Positions 62,264 to 64,000 of a DNA stretch of 64,000 nucleotides are shown here, one piece after another (position 1 is the stretch's first letter; each line of letters begins with the position of its first letter). The stretch is from assembly GCA_973895155.1 (NCBI GenBank), contig OZ316899.1, positions 7,381,241 to 7,445,240 on the forward strand. Direction: 5' to 3'. Made by a program: the position numbers and the translations under genes. The stretch comes from Marsupella aquatica (taxonomy: Eukaryota > Plantae > Marchantiophyta). Below the pieces are notes generated by a model. That model was not told the origin of the DNA. It searched no databases and saw only the letters and a program-made list of their open reading frames with translations.

Positions 62264-63712
62264 GCTAAAGAAAATAAAATCTGCACAATTGCCTTCAACA
62301 TCACTCCAAAGTCCATTCAAAAAGCAAGAGACAAACACAAAGAAGGTAAGTGAAGTGTACTTACAGAGATGTTGAGTAGTCGTGCCAGCCCCAGTCGCAT
62401 CTCCAACCAGCACAGACCTGCGGTTACCACACTCATCAGTCTCCCCAATATTTATTCCCCAATTGCCCCAATATTTATTATCAATCTGGCCAAACCAGCC
62501 TGCAGGCCTACACCAGCTATTAAGTTTTTTCTAACGTCCCGGCTGACAAAACAGCTCAGCCTTGGCTGCACTTTGACCAGAACAAAACATACATCTGAAA
62601 ACATTCTGATCATCACCTCCAAAACTTCCGCTTTAACAAACAAACCACAGCCGTACGTAGCTCTCAATCGATAAACATACAAACCCTGAGAGACACTGTC
62701 AAATTACCCTATCAAATTACTTTAGGAGAAGTAAATATACTGTACAGTTGAATTCTAGCTTTGACATGATTGCATGGATTTTAATGGGAATCCTGTTCAG
62801 GAGATCATTAGTTCAAGTGTTCTAAGCAGCTCCAATTGTCAAGTACACACCTAAGGCCTTAGCAGAATTAATAATTACAGGCTTGTTGCAAAAACTATAA
62901 GGCCAGACAAGAATACCTTCAGGGTGAAAGGTTTGAAGACAATCTGTAGAGAGCAGATTGCCTACAATCAAATCGAGACTCCAATAAACCCCGCACAACC
63001 ACCACACAACAATCGCACATTGCTGACATGAAATCACATGAAAGAATGCAATATAACCAGAAGGGAATAAGTATAATGCTGCAACTAAGCACACCACAAA
63101 ACATTTCCTCTCATGATAGAGCGTAAGTACAAAGCCCGACTCTGGTTTGTGAAATGCAATTCACTCACGTTTGTGAAATGTGACTGAACCCTGGATTGAA
63201 CCAGACTTGTGGTATAACTACCAGCGCAGGCATTGTTTCCTTTTAGGTTTTCTGAAATTAATGGACTTTGAAGAGCAGAGCAGACGTCAGACATGACTTG
63301 CCGTTTGGTTTAGAAGAAAATTAATGAACTCCAGAGAGTACAGTACCATCGTCTTAGCCATGTATTTATTCAATACTTGTTGCAGCAAGTAGAATTCAGT
63401 AGAGACAGGGGATGGACAGGGCCGCAACTTTGGGGGGGCTAACTACATTAGATTGAAGATGATACAAGCTTTTCAGTGCAATCAAAGAATGGAAGCATGA
63501 TACGAATGAACAAAATAGTGATGATAACCCAAAAAGAACAATACAAAGGGAGCATCATTTCCAATTCATTGATCCCCAAGTGCTTTTTGATCTGGTAGTC
63601 CAATCCACCTGTATACAAGACACAGTTTCAGTCTAGGTTGGCACAAGATACGCTTTCACTCTACGTCTATGGAATGGTGTTAATACAATGTAGCCAAGAC
63701 ATCACTACTTAC

Positions 63713-63826
63713 TGGGAAGTCTTTGGGAGTTGAATCAAGCTTTGCCCATAGGGCTGCCGGGCCATATTGCTTGGAGTACAAGCGCTCCTGCTCACTTGGG
63801 TCGACATCTCGGCCATACTTTCGCTT
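63713..63826 (-). other. Possible isolated exon (KRKYGRDVDPSEQERLY...), perhaps CACTA TnpA-like
   Basis: 38 open codons bounded by TTTTGCTGCAG and GTAAGT. Confidence 0.25.
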
Positions 63827-64000
63827 CTGCAGCAAAAGTCACATTACGTCGTTCAAGAGGAGGTACTTTACACACCTCACTACTACATTAAACCAATTGC
63901 GTCATCCCAAACAACGTTACATATTACTCGATGGCATTAACGTCGCAACGACGACGTTAGGGGTAGTGTAACATCGTCTCGTGAGACGTAAATGGTGAAA

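Overview
This is a gene-free, heavily nested transposon landscape from a land plant (TTTAGGG repeats, GT-AG introns, plant TE lineages). A non-seed plant is plausible but is only a guess. From left to right it holds: the 3' end and LTR of an LTR retroelement inserted in an L1-type LINE; a Ty1/copia inserted into a minus-strand Ty3/gypsy; an Athila/Tat-like gypsy with aberrant inverted ends; a Plavaka transposase remnant; and CACTA sequences carrying a SET domain and an EDM2-like PHD cassette. The standout is a Mutator-like DNA transposon family present three times. Copy A is complete (30716-42048, 8-bp TSD GGTGAAAG), copy B is older and interrupted (17680-50153), and there is a 348-bp non-autonomous derivative (24159-24506, 8-bp TSD AGCTGGAG). 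The family encodes (i) a GCM/WRKY-like Zn finger-DDE-SWIM transposase, (ii) a divergently transcribed 5-exon gene fusing a ParB/Srx-like domain to a degenerate beta-class N6A/N4C DNA-methyltransferase fold, and (iii) a small conserved orphan ORF. About 30 copies of a 15-bp palindrome, YAGCGCCNGGCGCTR, lie in its introns and intergenic DNA. This suggests a ParB/parS-like or VANC-like self-recognition system on a plant transposon. All domain calls are by-eye motif recognition; no database search was run.
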